A stretch of DNA of 64,000 nucleotides from Rubrivivax sp. (GCA_024641945.1 JAHECD010000005.1:1537-65536); one strand, 5' to 3'; counted from the first letter of the stretch, positions 20,978 through 32,934 are shown. The notes: generated from the sequence alone by a model not told the origin. Made by a program: numbers and translations.

Positions 20978-21334
20978 ATGCCTGACCAACCCGACGATCC
21001 GACGCCGCCGGCGCCCCCGCCCGTTGGGCCTGGGGACGGCCAAGGCGCGACCGTCGCGGAGCGCCAGACGGCACGAACCAAACCACCTGCGCTGTACAAG
21101 GTCGTCATGTTGAACGACGACTTCACGCCGATGGAGTTCGTGATCCGCGTGCTCCAGCAATTCTTCCAGCATGACCTCGAGACGGCCACGCTGATCATGC
21201 TGAAAATCCACCACGAAGGGCGTGGTGTCTGCGGCGTCTTCACCAAGGACGTCGCCGCGACCAAGGTCGAACTGGTGCTTGCCGCGGCGCGGCGAGACCA
21301 ACACCCGCTGCAATGCATTATGGAGGCCGCATGA
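20978..21334 (+). CDS. clpS: ATP-dependent Clp protease adaptor ClpS
   Basis: [37 protein letters not shown]. Confidence 0.97.
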   Translation: MPDQPDDPTPPAPPPVGPGDGQGATVAERQTARTKPPALYKVVMLNDDFTPMEFVIRVLQQFFQHDLETATLIMLKIHHEGRGVCGVFTKDVAATKVELVLAAARRDQHPLQCIMEAA

Positions 21335-23640
21335 TTGCGCAAGAACTGGAAGTCAGCCTGCACATGGCGTTTGTCGAAGCGCGCCAGCAGCGGCACGAAT
21401 TCATCACGGTCGAGCACCTGCTGATGGCATTGCTCGACAACCCTTCGGCAGCCGAGGTTTTGCGGGCGTGCGCCGCGAACATCGAGGACCTTCGCAAGAG
21501 CCTGGCGACCTTCATCAAGGAGAACACGCCCACGGTCTCCGGCAGCGAAGAGGTCGACACGCAGCCGACACTCGGCTTCCAGCGCGTGATCCAGCGCGCG
21601 ATCATGCACGTGCAGTCCACCGGCAGCGGCAAGAAGGAAGTGACCGGCGCCAACGTGCTGGTGGCCATCTTCGGCGAGAAGGATTCGCACGCCGTCTACT
21701 ACCTGCATCAGCAGGGTGTCACACGGCTCGACGTGGTGAACTTCATTGCGCACGGGATCAAGAAGACCGATCCACCCGAGACGCCGAAGTCCAACGAGGG
21801 CAATGGTGCGGACGGCGAAAAGGAAGAGGGTGCCGAGGCGTCGTCCAAGGGCAGCCCGCTCGACCAGTTCACGCAGAACCTGAACCAGCTCGCCCGCGAC
21901 GGCAAGATCGACCCGCTCATTGGACGCGAGCATGAGGTGGAGCGCGTGATCCAGGTTCTCTGCCGCCGGCGCAAGAACAATCCGCTGCTCGTCGGCGAGG
22001 CCGGCGTCGGCAAGACCGCCATTGCCGAGGGCTTGGCGTGGCGCATCACCCAGGGTGCGGTGCCCGAGGTCCTGGCAGAGTCCACGGTCTACGCGCTCGA
22101 CATGGGCTCGCTGCTCGCTGGTACCAAATATCGAGGTGACTTTGAACAGCGCCTGAAGGGTGTTCTCAAACAGTTGAAGGAACAGCCGCATGCGATCCTG
22201 TTCATCGACGAGATCCACACGCTGATCGGCGCCGGTGCGGCATCGGGCGGCACGCTGGATGCGAGCAATTTGCTGAAGCCGGCTCTCTCCAACGGCACCA
22301 TGAAGTGCATTGGCGCGACCACCTTCACCGAATACCGCGGCGTGTTCGAGAAGGATGCCGCGCTGTCGCGCCGTTTCCAGAAGGTCGACGTCGTCGAGCC
22401 GACGGTCGAGCAGACGATCGAGATCCTCAAGGGCCTCAAGTCGCGATTCGAAGATCACCACAGCGTGAAGTACGCGGTCGGCGCGCTGCAGGCCGCTGCC
22501 GAGTTGTCCGCCAAATACATCAACGACCGGCACCTGCCCGACAAGGCCATCGACGTCATCGACGAGGCCGGTGCCGCGCAGCGCATCCTGCCGAAGAACA
22601 AGCAGAAAAAGACGATCACGCGTGCCGAGGTCGAGGACATCGTGGCGAAGATCGCGCGCATCCCTCCTGCGAGCGTGTCCAGCGACGACCGAAGCAAGCT
22701 GAAGACTCTTGATCGCGACCTGAAGAGCGTGGTGTTCGGGCAGGATCCGGCGATCGATGCGCTGGCCGCCGCGATCAAGATGGCGCGCTCCGGCCTCGGC
22801 AAGGGCGACAAGCCGATCGGCTCGTTCCTCTTCAGCGGCCCCACGGGCGTGGGCAAGACCGAGGTCGCCAAGCAGTTGGCCTACATCCTCGGCATCGACC
22901 TGATCCGCTTCGACATGTCGGAGTACATGGAGCGCCATGCCGTCAGCCGTCTGATCGGCGCGCCGCCCGGGTACGTCGGCTTCGACCAGGGTGGCCTGAT
23001 GACCGAGGCGATCACCAAGAAGCCGCATTGTGTGCTGCTGATGGACGAGATCGAGAAGGCCCATCCGGATGTCTTCAACGTGCTGCTGCAGGTCATGGAC
23101 CACGGCACGCTGACCGACAACAACGGGCGCAAGGCCGACTTCCGCAACGTCATCATCGTCATGACCACCAATGCCGGTGCCGAGACGATGAACAAGTCGA
23201 CGATCGGCTTCACCAACTCGCGCGAACGCGGCGACGAGATGGCCGACATCAAGCGTCTGTTCACGCCGGAGTTCCGCAACCGCCTCGACGCCATCGTCAG
23301 CTTCCGTGCGCTCGACGAGGACATCATCCTGCGGGTGGTCGACAAATTCCTGTTGCAGCTCGAGAGTCAACTCGGCGAGAAGAAGGTCGAGGCCACATTC
23401 ACCGACGGCCTGCGCAAGCATCTTGCCAAGAAGGGATTCGATCCGTTGATGGGCGCACGCCCGATGCAGCGGCTGATCCAGGACACGATCCGGCGCGCAT
23501 TGGCCGATGAGTTGCTCTTTGGTCGCCTCGTCGACGGCGGACGCCTGACGGTCGATGTCGACGACAAGGGCGAGGTCCTGCTGGACATCCAGCCGCCGCG
23601 CAAGAGCGACAAGCCGAAGACCGAGCCGACGCCGGCCTGA
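21331..23640 (+). CDS. clpA: ATP-dependent Clp protease ATP-binding subunit ClpA
   Basis: [12 protein letters not shown]-domain; Walker A GEAGVGKT and GPTGVGKT; [18 protein letters not shown]. Confidence 0.98.
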   Translation: MIAQELEVSLHMAFVEARQQRHEFITVEHLLMALLDNPSAAEVLRACAANIEDLRKSLATFIKENTPTVSGSEEVDTQPTLGFQRVIQRAIMHVQSTGSGKKEVTGANVLVAIFGEKDSHAVYYLHQQGVTRLDVVNFIAHGIKKTDPPETPKSNEGNGADGEKEEGAEASSKGSPLDQFTQNLNQLARDGKIDPLIGREHEVERVIQVLCRRRKNNPLLVGEAGVGKTAIAEGLAWRITQGAVPEVLAESTVYALDMGSLLAGTKYRGDFEQRLKGVLKQLKEQPHAILFIDEIHTLIGAGAASGGTLDASNLLKPALSNGTMKCIGATTFTEYRGVFEKDAALSRRFQKVDVVEPTVEQTIEILKGLKSRFEDHHSVKYAVGALQAAAELSAKYINDRHLPDKAIDVIDEAGAAQRILPKNKQKKTITRAEVEDIVAKIARIPPASVSSDDRSKLKTLDRDLKSVVFGQDPAIDALAAAIKMARSGLGKGDKPIGSFLFSGPTGVGKTEVAKQLAYILGIDLIRFDMSEYMERHAVSRLIGAPPGYVGFDQGGLMTEAITKKPHCVLLMDEIEKAHPDVFNVLLQVMDHGTLTDNNGRKADFRNVIIVMTTNAGAETMNKSTIGFTNSRERGDEMADIKRLFTPEFRNRLDAIVSFRALDEDIILRVVDKFLLQLESQLGEKKVEATFTDGLRKHLAKKGFDPLMGARPMQRLIQDTIRRALADELLFGRLVDGGRLTVDVDDKGEVLLDIQPPRKSDKPKTEPTPA

Positions 23641-23696
23641 CCGTGCCGTGTGGCCCCGGATGGGGCGACACGGCGCTGGCCCAGGTGCTCGTTGCC

Positions 23697-24500
23697 TCAG
23701 CCGGCGGCCCGGGCAGCCGATGCCGGATCCTGCGCGTAGAACTGCGCGAGCAGCGCGTACAGCGCCGGGTGTTCGGCATGGAGGTCCCGCGGCGAGACGA
23801 AGAACGCCTCGCTCGCGACGGCGAAGAATTCCTCTGGTGCCTCGGCACCGTACGAATCCAGTGCCGTGGTCTCGTCGCTGTCGATTCGCCCGCAGAACTT
23901 CGCATATTCGTCCGACAGCGTGCGCTGCCATGCCGTGCGGCTGATCCTCGTGGGCAGCCTCGGCACGCCGTCGGCAACGCCGTTCGCCATGTCCAGCACA
24001 TGCGCGAACTCGTGGATGACCACGTTGTAGCCGATGTCCGCCGTGCTGCCAGATGCACGCACGTCACGCCAGGACAGCATCACGGGCCCACCCTGGACGG
24101 CTTCGCCGGCGAGCACCTCGTCGTATTCGTGCACGATGCCGTCGTCGTCGGTCGCGTGGCGCCGGGCGACGGCTTGCCCCGGGTGCACGACGATCCCGAC
24201 GAATCCGTCATAGGCCTCCAACCCGAGGTGCAGGACCGGCAGGCAGGCCTGGGCGGCAATCGCCACGGCCATGTCGTCAGTGACGGCAAGGCCGTGCGCC
24301 CCGGAGAATTCCTTGCGGTCGAGAAACAGGCTCGTCATTCGACGCAATTTGGCGATGTCGTCTGCGCCCAAGGCCTGCAGGAACGGGAAGCGCTTCAGTG
24401 TTCTTCGCCACGTCATATCCGGTATCGGCCGTCGCGCGACGGCGGCCCGGTCGCGGCGGCGCCGCCACCATGCGAGGCCAGCGGACAGGCTCAGCGTCAC
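23697..24500 (-). CDS. M90 family zinc metallopeptidase (MtfA-like)
   Basis: IAAQACLP, GEAVQGGPVMLSW, NVVIHEFAHVLDM (HEXXH), EFFAVASEAFF. Confidence 0.9.
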   Translation of the reverse strand: MTLSLSAGLAWWRRRRDRAAVARRPIPDMTWRRTLKRFPFLQALGADDIAKLRRMTSLFLDRKEFSGAHGLAVTDDMAVAIAAQACLPVLHLGLEAYDGFVGIVVHPGQAVARRHATDDDGIVHEYDEVLAGEAVQGGPVMLSWRDVRASGSTADIGYNVVIHEFAHVLDMANGVADGVPRLPTRISRTAWQRTLSDEYAKFCGRIDSDETTALDSYGAEAPEEFFAVASEAFFVSPRDLHAEHPALYALLAQFYAQDPASAARAAG

Positions 24501-25264
24501 GGCGCTGCGTCGGGCGGTAGGCGGTGCAGACCTGCAGCATCGAGCCGGAGCACCTGGGCCCGAGGCGGGCTGGCGTCGAGATCCCAGTCACTGAGAACGT
24601 GCCGCGTGAAGCCAGGGCGCAGCATGCCGCTGCCGGGCCGATGGGTGTGGCCATGGATCATTTCCGTCGCCGCGTATTCGCGAAGCCAGTCGACAGCGGT
24701 CGACGGGTCTACATCAGCCCAGGTGGCCGTGTCGGGCGATATATCCTTGCGCATCTGGCTTTCGGCGCGGATTTGCTGTGCCAGCGCCGCGCGCTGCTCG
24801 ATCGGCAGGGCGAGAAAGTTGCGTTGCCAGGCGCCACCGCGCACCATGCGCCTGAACGCCTGGTAGTCGACGTCGGCGATGCACAACTCGTCGCCATGCG
24901 TGAGCAGCAGGCGTTTGCCATGGGCATCCAGCAGCGTCGGGTCCATCAGGGGCACCAAACCGCACGCTTGCAGCATGTCTGCGCCGAGCAGGAAATCCCG
25001 ATTGCCGGCCATGAAATGGATCCGGCGATGCCGGGACGCCTCGGCCATGACTTCGACGCAGGCCCGCTCGAACGGGCGCCACCGGGTGTCGTCGCCAATC
25101 CAGACGTCGAACAGGTCGCCCAGGATGAAAACCGCCTGCGCCGGCGTCTTCGCCATGTGCGCACGCCAGGCGTCGAACGTGCGTGGCGTCGTCGCGCTCA
25201 GGTGCAGGTCAGAGATGAAGTCGACCGCGTGCCAGCCTTCGTCGGCACGCAGGTCTGCGGGCAC
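24497..25264 (-). CDS. lpxH: UDP-2,3-diacylglucosamine hydrolase
   Basis: FISDLHL, LGDLFDVWIGDD, GNRDFL, THGD, IHGHTHRP; follows ppiB; start uncertain (GTG 25264 chosen). Confidence 0.92.
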   Translation of the reverse strand: MPADLRADEGWHAVDFISDLHLSATTPRTFDAWRAHMAKTPAQAVFILGDLFDVWIGDDTRWRPFERACVEVMAEASRHRRIHFMAGNRDFLLGADMLQACGLVPLMDPTLLDAHGKRLLLTHGDELCIADVDYQAFRRMVRGGAWQRNFLALPIEQRAALAQQIRAESQMRKDISPDTATWADVDPSTAVDWLREYAATEMIHGHTHRPGSGMLRPGFTRHVLSDWDLDASPPRAQVLRLDAAGLHRLPPDAAP

Positions 25265-25275
25265 GGCCGTGGGGC

Positions 25276-25779
25276 TCAGGCGATCTCCACCGCGCGATCG
25301 ATCGTGACCGCCTGCAAAGGCACGTCGTCGTGGAAGCCGCTGCGCCCGGTCTTCACGCCCTCGATGCGGTCCACCACGTCGTTGCCCGCGACCACCTTGC
25401 CGAATACGGCGTAGCCCCATCCCTGCGGACTTTCGGACTTGAAATTGAGGAAGCCGTTGTCGGCCGTATTGATGAAGAACTGCGCCGTGGCCGAATGCGG
25501 GTCGCTGGTGCGTGCCATCGCAACGGTGTACTTGTTGTTGAGCAATCCATTGCCGGCTTCGTTGGCAACCGGCGCGAGAGTCGGCTTTTGTTTCATCGCG
25601 GTGTCCATGCCGCCGCCCTGGACCATGAAGCCCTTGATGACACGGTGAAAGACGGTGCCGTCGTAGTGGCCCGCGCGAACGTAGGCCAGAAAATTTTCAG
25701 TGCTGGCAGGGGCCTTCACGTCGTCGAGTTCGAGGCGGATCGCGCCTTCGCTGGTTTGCAGTTCGACGGTTTTCGTCAT
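25276..25779 (-). CDS. ppiB: Cytoplasmic peptidyl-prolyl cis-trans isomerase (cyclophilin)
   Basis: [39 protein letters not shown]; no signal peptide. Confidence 0.95.
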   Translation of the reverse strand: MTKTVELQTSEGAIRLELDDVKAPASTENFLAYVRAGHYDGTVFHRVIKGFMVQGGGMDTAMKQKPTLAPVANEAGNGLLNNKYTVAMARTSDPHSATAQFFINTADNGFLNFKSESPQGWGYAVFGKVVAGNDVVDRIEGVKTGRSGFHDDVPLQAVTIDRAVEIA

Positions 25780-25780
25780 G

Positions 25781-26356
25781 TCATTTCTCCAGAGTGGCTT
25801 GTTTGATGGTGACCGGCATCGTGGGTACGTCGGTCATCTGCGCGCGGGTCGTTGTCGGCACGACCTTGATTCGGTCGACCACGTCCATGCCCTCGACGAC
25901 CTTTCCGAAAACGGCATAGCCATTGCCGTCACGCGAGTTTGCGGCGTCGAGGAAGGCGTTGTCGGCGACGTTGATGAAAAACTGCGCGGTGGCAGAGTCA
26001 GGTGCGCTGGTGCGGGCCATCGCGACGGTTCCGCGCTGGTTGTTCAGGCCGTTGCGGGCTTCCAGCGGGATTGGTGCCCGTGTGGGCTTCTCGGCCATCT
26101 TGGCGTCCATGCCGCCGCCCTGGATCATGAAGTTGTCGATCACGCGGTGGAAGATCGTGCCGTTGTAGTGGCCTGCCTTGACGTATTGGACAAAGTTGTT
26201 CACCGACTTCGGCGCCTTCTGTGGGTCGAGCTCAAGCACGATATCCCCAGCGGTCGTGGCCAGGCGCACACGCTGCGCCCACGCCGGGGCGCAGCCCGCA
26301 GTGATTGCCAGCGCGGCAAGCACGATGACGAGTGGGCGAGAAGTCGAGCGGCTCAT
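25781..26356 (-). CDS. ppiA: Periplasmic cyclophilin
   Basis: Signal peptide plus [14 protein letters not shown] and [18 protein letters not shown]. Confidence 0.93.
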   Translation of the reverse strand: MSRSTSRPLVIVLAALAITAGCAPAWAQRVRLATTAGDIVLELDPQKAPKSVNNFVQYVKAGHYNGTIFHRVIDNFMIQGGGMDAKMAEKPTRAPIPLEARNGLNNQRGTVAMARTSAPDSATAQFFINVADNAFLDAANSRDGNGYAVFGKVVEGMDVVDRIKVVPTTTRAQMTDVPTMPVTIKQATLEK

Positions 26357-26383
26357 GGCGAAAAATCCTTCAAATGATGTCGT

Positions 26384-26893
26384 TCACGGCGGCGCGCGCA
26401 GCAATTCACGCGCCAGCCGCAGCTTGCGGACAAGCGCCGCATCGCTGGAATCCGTGCCCAGCGACTCCCACAGCCGCACTGCGAGCCGCACGTAGACGTC
26501 GCCGAGATTCTCGCGTGCGTTGCGGTGCTTGGGGTCGTTGCGCAGCGCACTTTCGAGCGCCACGCGAGCCTGGTCGAGACGGCCGGCCGCAGCGTGCAGC
26601 ACGGCGACATTGTTCAGCGGATCGGGCAGTTCCGGGAAGTCCTGGCTGAGTTGGATGAAGACCGCCATCGCTTCGTCGGGGCGCTTCAAATCGGTCAGCA
26701 ACACGCCCTTCGCAAAGCGCAGCTGGGCATCTGTGGGCCGCTGAGACAACGCCTTGTCGACGAGAGTCAGCGCACCGATGGTGTCCCCGTTGGCAGCGAG
26801 GCGCTCGGCGTCTGCCAGATCGTCGGCGCGAGCGCTCGACGCGCCCGATGCAAGCGCGACCAGCAGGAGGGCAATGATCGTCGGTCGTGTCAT
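26384..26893 (-). CDS. Exported tetratricopeptide-repeat protein
   Basis: Signal peptide; TPR-like helices with FPELPDPLNNVAVL and ARENLGDVY. Confidence 0.85.
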   Translation of the reverse strand: MTRPTIIALLLVALASGASSARADDLADAERLAANGDTIGALTLVDKALSQRPTDAQLRFAKGVLLTDLKRPDEAMAVFIQLSQDFPELPDPLNNVAVLHAAAGRLDQARVALESALRNDPKHRNARENLGDVYVRLAVRLWESLGTDSSDAALVRKLRLARELLRAPP

Positions 26894-27045
26894 GGAAGAT
26901 CGTCGAGCGCTGGCCGGTGGGGAAGTCGCATCCCATGGGGATTGGGGGAAAGGGCGCCGCTATACTGAAATGAGATTCTATCGGCGCCCATCGCCCACGC
27001 AGGCGGTTGCGCGCAGTTCCCCTGCCGCAGCAGCGGCCCTCCCGA

Positions 27046-28419
27046 ATGACCCTGCACGTTTTCAATACGCTGTCGCGCAGCGTCGAGCCGTTCCATCCCC
27101 TCGAGGCAGGGCATGTGCGCATGTACGTCTGCGGCATGACGATCTACGACCTGTGCCACATGGGGCACGCGCGCATGATGATGGCGTTCGACGTGGTCTA
27201 CCGTTGGCTGCGAGCCAGTGGCTATGAGGTGACGTACGTTCGCAATATCACGGACATCGAGGACAAGATCATCCGGCGTGCGCTCGAGCGCGGCATCACG
27301 ATCCGTGCGCTCACCGACGAGATGATCGCCGCCATGCGCCAGGACATCGGTGCCATCGGCATCGAGCCGCCGACACACGAGCCGCGGGCGACGGACTACG
27401 TGCCGCAGATGCTCGACCTGATTGCTCAATTGGAAAAGCGTGGTCTGGCCTACCGGGCGGCGGGCGGTGACGTCAACTTCGCCGTTCGCAAGTTCCCGAG
27501 CTATGGTCGCCTGTCGGGAAAATCGATTGACGAGTTGCGTGCTGGCGAGCGTGTCGCGGTCCAGGACGACAAGCAGGATCCCCTCGACTTCGTCCTTTGG
27601 AAAGCCGCCAAGCCGACCGAACCGGCCGATGCCGTTTTCGACGGCCCGTACGGGGCGGGCCGACCCGGCTGGCACATCGAATGCTCGGCGATGAGTTGTG
27701 CACTGCTCGGTGAACCGTTCGACATCCATGGCGGCGGGATGGACCTGCAGTTTCCTCATCACGAAAACGAGATCGCCCAGAGCGAAGGCGCCAGTGGACG
27801 GCCGTTCGTCAAGTATTGGTTGCACAACGGCTTCCTCAACGTCGACAACGAGAAGATGTCCAAGTCGCTGGGCAACTTCTTCACCATTCGAGACGTGCTC
27901 GCGCGTTACGACGGCGAGACGTTGCGCTTCTTTATGCTGCGCACGCATTACCGCAGCCCGTTCAATTTCAGCGACGTGAATCTCGACGACGCGCGCGGCG
28001 CCTTGCGCCGGCTGTACGGGGCCCTCGATGCAGTGGACGCGACAACGATTGACATCGACTGGCGCGTGCCGGCCGCAGCCCGCTTTCGTGCCGCGATGGA
28101 CGATGACTTCAATACGCCGGGTGCGGTGGCGGTTCTGTTCGAACTCGCGGCCGACGTGCACCGCGACCGGTCCGTCCCGTCTGCCTCGTTGCTGCGTGCA
28201 CTTGGTGGCGTGCTCGGGGTTCTTCAACAGGCGCCGCGGGCATATCTGCAAGGCGGTTCGGGACTCGACGAAATGGCGATTCAGGCGCTCATCGACGAGC
28301 GCGCCCAGGCCAAGAAGACGCGGGATTTCGCCCGGGCCGATCGCATTCGTGCCGATTTGCAGGCGCAGGGCGTCGAGTTGAAGGATTCGGCGCAGGGCAC
28401 CACCTGGGTTCGCGCCTGA
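27046..28419 (+). CDS. cysS: Cysteine--tRNA ligase
   Basis: [18 protein letters not shown] (HIGH-like), [24 protein letters not shown]. Confidence 0.98.
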   Translation: MTLHVFNTLSRSVEPFHPLEAGHVRMYVCGMTIYDLCHMGHARMMMAFDVVYRWLRASGYEVTYVRNITDIEDKIIRRALERGITIRALTDEMIAAMRQDIGAIGIEPPTHEPRATDYVPQMLDLIAQLEKRGLAYRAAGGDVNFAVRKFPSYGRLSGKSIDELRAGERVAVQDDKQDPLDFVLWKAAKPTEPADAVFDGPYGAGRPGWHIECSAMSCALLGEPFDIHGGGMDLQFPHHENEIAQSEGASGRPFVKYWLHNGFLNVDNEKMSKSLGNFFTIRDVLARYDGETLRFFMLRTHYRSPFNFSDVNLDDARGALRRLYGALDAVDATTIDIDWRVPAAARFRAAMDDDFNTPGAVAVLFELAADVHRDRSVPSASLLRALGGVLGVLQQAPRAYLQGGSGLDEMAIQALIDERAQAKKTRDFARADRIRADLQAQGVELKDSAQGTTWVRA

Positions 28420-28428
28420 CACAAGCCG

Positions 28429-29088
28429 ATGTCCGTCTCGAATCCCCAGGCCGATCTGCCCGTTCCTGATTTCTGGGATGACGCCTGCCGGCATCTGAAG
28501 CGGCGCGACCGTGTTCTCAAGCGCCTGATCCCCCAGTTCGGCGAGGCGAGGCTGCAAAGTCGCGGCGACGCTTTCACTACGCTCGCCCGTTCAGTGGTCG
28601 GGCAGCAGATCTCCGTGAAGGCCGCACAGTCGGTGTGGACGCGTTTCGTGGCGTTGACCAGTGTGCCGGGCGCAGCCTTGATGCCGGCAGCCGTCAAGGC
28701 GCTGGCGCCGCAGCAATTGCGGGAGGCCGGCCTCTCGGCCCGCAAAGCCGAGTATCTGCTCGACCTGTCGCGCCATTTCTGCGACGGCAGGGTCCACGTG
28801 GACCAATGGCGCGAGATGGACGACGAAGCCATCATCGACGAACTCGTCGGCATCCGCGGCATCGGCCGCTGGACGGCGGAGATGTTCCTGATCTTTCACC
28901 TGATGCGTCCTGATGTCCTTCCGCTCGACGACCTGGGGCTGCTCAAAGGCATCAGCGTCAATTATTTCAGTGGTGAGCCGGTTTCGCGCGCCGAGGCGCG
29001 CGAAGTGGCCGAAGCCTGGACCCCGTACCGCTCGGTGGCCACCTGGTACCTGTGGCGGAGCCTCGATCCGCTGCCGGTAGACTATTGA
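28429..29088 (+). CDS. DNA-3-methyladenine glycosylase II family (AlkA-like, HhH-GPD)
   Basis: SVVGQQISVKAA, GLSARK, IRGIGRWTAEMFLIF..RPDVLPLDD, W.PYRS. Confidence 0.9.
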   Translation: MSVSNPQADLPVPDFWDDACRHLKRRDRVLKRLIPQFGEARLQSRGDAFTTLARSVVGQQISVKAAQSVWTRFVALTSVPGAALMPAAVKALAPQQLREAGLSARKAEYLLDLSRHFCDGRVHVDQWREMDDEAIIDELVGIRGIGRWTAEMFLIFHLMRPDVLPLDDLGLLKGISVNYFSGEPVSRAEAREVAEAWTPYRSVATWYLWRSLDPLPVDY

Positions 29089-29112
29089 TCCCTACCGACG
29101 CATGATGCATCG

Positions 29113-30084
29113 ATGAGCAAGCGACATTTCCTGGACTTCGAGCAGCCGATTGCCGAGCTCGAATCGAAGATCGACGAGCTCCGCTACGTCCAGTCCGAGT
29201 CTGCCGTCGACATCTCCGACGAGATCGGCCGGCTGGGCCAGAAGAGCCAGCAGCTCACCAAGGACATCTACTCGAGCCTGTCTCCATGGCAGGTGACACA
29301 GATCGCCCGCCACCCGCAGCGCCCCTACACGCTCGATTACGTGGGCGAGCTCTTCACTGAATTTCACGAGTTGCACGGCGACCGCGCCTTTGCCGATGAC
29401 CAGAGCATCGTCGGGGGACTCGCGCGTTTCAACGGGCAGGCGTGCATGGTGCTGGGCCATCAGAAGGGGCGAGATACCAAGGAACGCGCCGCACGCAACT
29501 TCGGCATGTCGCGGCCCGAGGGTTATCGCAAGGCGTTGCGGCTGATGCGCGTGGCGGAGAAGTTCGGTTTGCCGGTATTCACGTTCGTCGATACGCCTGG
29601 CGCCTACCCTGGCATCGGCGCGGAGGAGCGCGGTCAGAGTGAAGCCATTGGCCGCAACATCTTCGAGATGGCGCAGCTCGAGGTGCCGATCATCACCACG
29701 ATCATCGGCGAAGGCGGCTCGGGCGGTGCGCTGGCCATCAGCGTGGGCGACCAGTTGCTCATGCTGCAATATGCGGTGTATTCCGTGATCTCGCCCGAAG
29801 GGTGCGCTTCGATCCTGTGGAAGACCTCCGAGCGCGCGGCAGATGCTGCCGAGGCGCTGGGCATCACCGCGCACCGGCTCAAGGCGCTGGGCGTCATCGA
29901 CAAGATCGTCAGCGAGCCGGTCGGCGGCGCCCATCGGGACCCCAAGCAGATGGCGTCGCAGCTCAAGCGCGCGCTGAACGATGCCTTGCGCCAGGTCGCC
30001 GACTTGAAGCCGAAGGAATTGCTGCAACGGCGCTATGAGCGCCTGCAGTCCTACGGCCGCTTCACCGACACCAAGGACCGTTGA
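29113..30084 (+). CDS. accA: Acetyl-CoA carboxylase carboxyltransferase alpha subunit
   Basis: [47 protein letters not shown]. Confidence 0.98.
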   Translation: MSKRHFLDFEQPIAELESKIDELRYVQSESAVDISDEIGRLGQKSQQLTKDIYSSLSPWQVTQIARHPQRPYTLDYVGELFTEFHELHGDRAFADDQSIVGGLARFNGQACMVLGHQKGRDTKERAARNFGMSRPEGYRKALRLMRVAEKFGLPVFTFVDTPGAYPGIGAEERGQSEAIGRNIFEMAQLEVPIITTIIGEGGSGGALAISVGDQLLMLQYAVYSVISPEGCASILWKTSERAADAAEALGITAHRLKALGVIDKIVSEPVGGAHRDPKQMASQLKRALNDALRQVADLKPKELLQRRYERLQSYGRFTDTKDR

Positions 30085-30088
30085 CACG

Positions 30089-31399
30089 ATGCCGCTTCGG
30101 ATCGCGGTGGCCGCAAGTGGCGGGCGCGATTCGACCGCATTGCTGCATGCCACCGCGCGCGCTGCGCGGGGCCTGGGCGTCGAAGTCCACGCGCTGCATG
30201 TTCACCACGGCTTGATGCTTCAGGCCGATGCCTGGTGGACGCACGTAGAGTCACAGTGCCGGCGTTGGCGCGCGGGGGGCCTGCCCGTACGTTTCCATGG
30301 CCAACGTCTGGACGGGCAACCGATGCCTGGCGACAGCGTGGAAGCCTGGGCACGGCGCGAGCGGTATGCCAAGCTGGCGGGACTGGCCAGGTCTCTCGGC
30401 ATCGACTGCGTGCTGCTCGCGCACCACCGGCGCGACCAGGCCGAGACGTTCTTGCTTCAAGCGCTGCGCGGGGCCGGCCCGCTGGGGCTGGCGGCCATGC
30501 CGACGCACGCTGTGCGAGACGGGATTCGATGGTCGCGGCCCTGGCTCGACATGCCGCGCGAGGCGATCGATGGGTATGTGGCCCGGTACCGCCTTGGGCA
30601 TGTCGATGACGCGAGCAACCGGGACCCACGCTATCTACGCAGCAGGATGCGGCAGGCACTGTGGCCCGTCTTGGCAGCGGCCTTCCCGCAGGCGGAAGCC
30701 ACCCTCAGTGCGGCGGCACGTCGCGCGCAGGAAGCCGCCGCCTGCCTGACCGAGTTGGCGGATCTGGACATGCACACCTGTGTGGATTCGAAGGATCGGC
30801 TCGACGTCGTGGCTTGGCGCCAGCTGTCCGGGCCGCGGGGCGCCAACCTGTTGCGAAACTGGCTGCCAAGATTTACAGGCGATGGTGTGCCGGACAGCCT
30901 CGTGGCAAGGCTGGCCGACGAGTTGCCCGTGGCAAGGACGTCCTGCGTTTGGCCGCTGCATGACCTCAACCTGCGGCTTGACCGTGGTCTGTTGTCAGTC
31001 GTTCCTGCGGACGAAAAACGCGTTGTCGGGCCGGCATCGATGCCGATCGACCTGAGCCGTCCCGGTTTGCTCCCCACGCCAGCTTGGGGGGGCACGTTTC
31101 TGGTCCGCGACGCCGGCGTCGGGCAGGGCATTTCGTGCGCGCGGCTGGCAGCGGCCGAACTGCGTGCGCGCCGTGGGGCGGAGCAATTCCAGGGGAACCC
31201 CCGTTCCGTGCCTCGCAGCCTCAAGAAGCACTACCAGGCCGTCGGAGTCCCCGCGGCCGAACGCATGGCGCCGCTCGTGTATGTGGGTGGCGCCCTGGCC
31301 TTCGTCCCGGGGCTCGGCATCGACGCACGTCAGATGGCGTTGCCGGGAGAGCCAGGCTGCGAACTGGAGTGGGTTCGCGGGCCTGCGCCCCGCGATTGA
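30089..31399 (+). CDS. tilS: tRNA(Ile)-lysidine synthetase
   Basis: AASGGRDS PP-loop, HVHHGL, AHHRRDQAET, C-terminal SLKKHYQA.GVP. Confidence 0.93.
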   Translation: MPLRIAVAASGGRDSTALLHATARAARGLGVEVHALHVHHGLMLQADAWWTHVESQCRRWRAGGLPVRFHGQRLDGQPMPGDSVEAWARRERYAKLAGLARSLGIDCVLLAHHRRDQAETFLLQALRGAGPLGLAAMPTHAVRDGIRWSRPWLDMPREAIDGYVARYRLGHVDDASNRDPRYLRSRMRQALWPVLAAAFPQAEATLSAAARRAQEAAACLTELADLDMHTCVDSKDRLDVVAWRQLSGPRGANLLRNWLPRFTGDGVPDSLVARLADELPVARTSCVWPLHDLNLRLDRGLLSVVPADEKRVVGPASMPIDLSRPGLLPTPAWGGTFLVRDAGVGQGISCARLAAAELRARRGAEQFQGNPRSVPRSLKKHYQAVGVPAAERMAPLVYVGGALAFVPGLGIDARQMALPGEPGCELEWVRGPAPRD

Positions 31400-31486
31400 G
31401 CCTGTTGCAGCGCAGCTAAAATCCCGGGTTCTGTCGGATCCGCGGGACGAATACCTCGCGGCCGGCGTCAACGCACCGCACACGTC

Positions 31487-32758
31487 ATGGCATTGATCGT
31501 CCACAAGTATGGCGGCACCTCGATGGGGTCGACGGAACGCATTCGCAGCGTCGCCCAGCGCGTGGCCAAATGGGCCCGGGCCGGCCACCAGATCGTGGTC
31601 GTACCTTCCGCCATGAGTGGCGAGACCAACCGGCTGTTGGGGTTGGCCAAGGAATTGATGCCACAGGCCGACAGCGCCGAGGCGCAGCGCGAACTCGACA
31701 TGATCGCCGCGACGGGCGAGCAGGTGTCGGTGGGCCTGCTGGCGCTGGCCTTGCAGGCGCAAGGGCAGGGAGCCGTGAGCTACACCGGTTGGCAGGTGCC
31801 GGTGAAGACCGATTCGGCCTATACCAAAGCCCGCATCCAATCGATCGACGACGCGCGCATCCGTGCCGACCTGGATGCGGGCCGCGTGGTCATCGTCACC
31901 GGGTTCCAGGGCATCGATTCGCAGGGCCACATCACCACCCTCGGGCGTGGCGGAAGTGACACATCGGCCGTCGCGGTGGCTGCCGCGATGAAGGCCGATG
32001 AATGCCTCATCTACACCGACGTGGACGGCGTGTACACCACCGATCCACGCATCGTGCCCGAGGCGCGCCGCCTGGCGACCATCAGCTTCGAGGAGATGCT
32101 CGAAATGGCCAGCCTGGGCTCCAAGGTGCTGCAGATCCGATCGGTCGAATTTGCAGGGAAGTACCGGGTGCCGATGCGTGTGCTGTCGAGCTTCACGCCC
32201 TGGGACATCGACATCGCGGAAGAGGCCCGGTCGGGCACGTTGATCACCTTCGAAGAGGACGAGAAGATGGAACAGGCCGTCGTATCAGGCATCGCGTTCA
32301 ATCGCGACGAAGCCAAGGTCACCGTGCTCGGCGTGCCGGACAGGCCAGGTATCGCGTACAGCATTCTCGGCGCCGTGGCCGAGGCCAACATCGATGTCGA
32401 CGTGATCATTCAGAACGTGTCGCACGACGGCAAGACGGATTTTTCCTTCACCGTCCATCGAAACGACTACCACCGCGTGCTCGACCTGCTGAACAACAAG
32501 GTCGCACCGTCGACCGGCGCAGCGTCGGTCACGGGCGACCCGAAGATCTGCAAAGTCAGCATCGTGGGCATCGGCATGAAGAGCCACGTCGGCGTCGCGG
32601 CACGCATGTTCCGCACGTTGAGCGAGGAGGGCATCAACATCCAGATGATCTCCACGAGCGAGATCAAGACCAGCGTCGTGATCGACGAGAAATACATGGA
32701 ACTCGCGGTGCGCGCGCTCCACAAGGCGTTCGATCTGGACGCACCCCTGCCCGCCTGA
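31487..32758 (+). CDS. lysC: Aspartate kinase
   Basis: KYGGTS, TTLGRGGSDTSA, YTDVDGVYTTDP, two ACT domains. Confidence 0.96.
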   Translation: MALIVHKYGGTSMGSTERIRSVAQRVAKWARAGHQIVVVPSAMSGETNRLLGLAKELMPQADSAEAQRELDMIAATGEQVSVGLLALALQAQGQGAVSYTGWQVPVKTDSAYTKARIQSIDDARIRADLDAGRVVIVTGFQGIDSQGHITTLGRGGSDTSAVAVAAAMKADECLIYTDVDGVYTTDPRIVPEARRLATISFEEMLEMASLGSKVLQIRSVEFAGKYRVPMRVLSSFTPWDIDIAEEARSGTLITFEEDEKMEQAVVSGIAFNRDEAKVTVLGVPDRPGIAYSILGAVAEANIDVDVIIQNVSHDGKTDFSFTVHRNDYHRVLDLLNNKVAPSTGAASVTGDPKICKVSIVGIGMKSHVGVAARMFRTLSEEGINIQMISTSEIKTSVVIDEKYMELAVRALHKAFDLDAPLPA

Positions 32759-32804
32759 GGCATTCGCTGTACCGCGCAGCGGTTAGAATATTTAGCTTCG
32801 TGCT

Positions 32805-32897
32805 GGAGTCGTGACCGAGTGGCCGAAGGTGCTCCCCTGCTAAGGGAGTATGTGGGCAAAACCTGCATCGAGGGTTCGAATCCCTCCGACTCCGCCA
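32805..32897 (+). tRNA. tRNA-Ser (anticodon GCT)
   Basis: Acceptor GGAGTCG/CGACTCC, discriminator G, CCA; anticodon arm CTCCC-CTGCTAA-GGGAG; long variable arm; GGTTCGAATCC T-arm; TAGAAT -10 at 32784. Confidence 0.97.
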
Positions 32898-32913
32898 GAT
32901 GACCTTATGAATG

Positions 32914-32934
32914 GGCCCCGCAAAGGGCCTTTTT
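32914..32934 (+). terminator. Rho-independent terminator after tRNA-Ser
   Basis: GGCCC-CGCAAA-GGGCC followed by TTTTT. Confidence 0.7.

Noticed and set aside
20944-23931. 995-aa minus-strand ORF
   Set aside because: Antisense shadow of clpS/clpA. It has no recognisable motifs, and long stop-free antisense frames are expected with high GC3.
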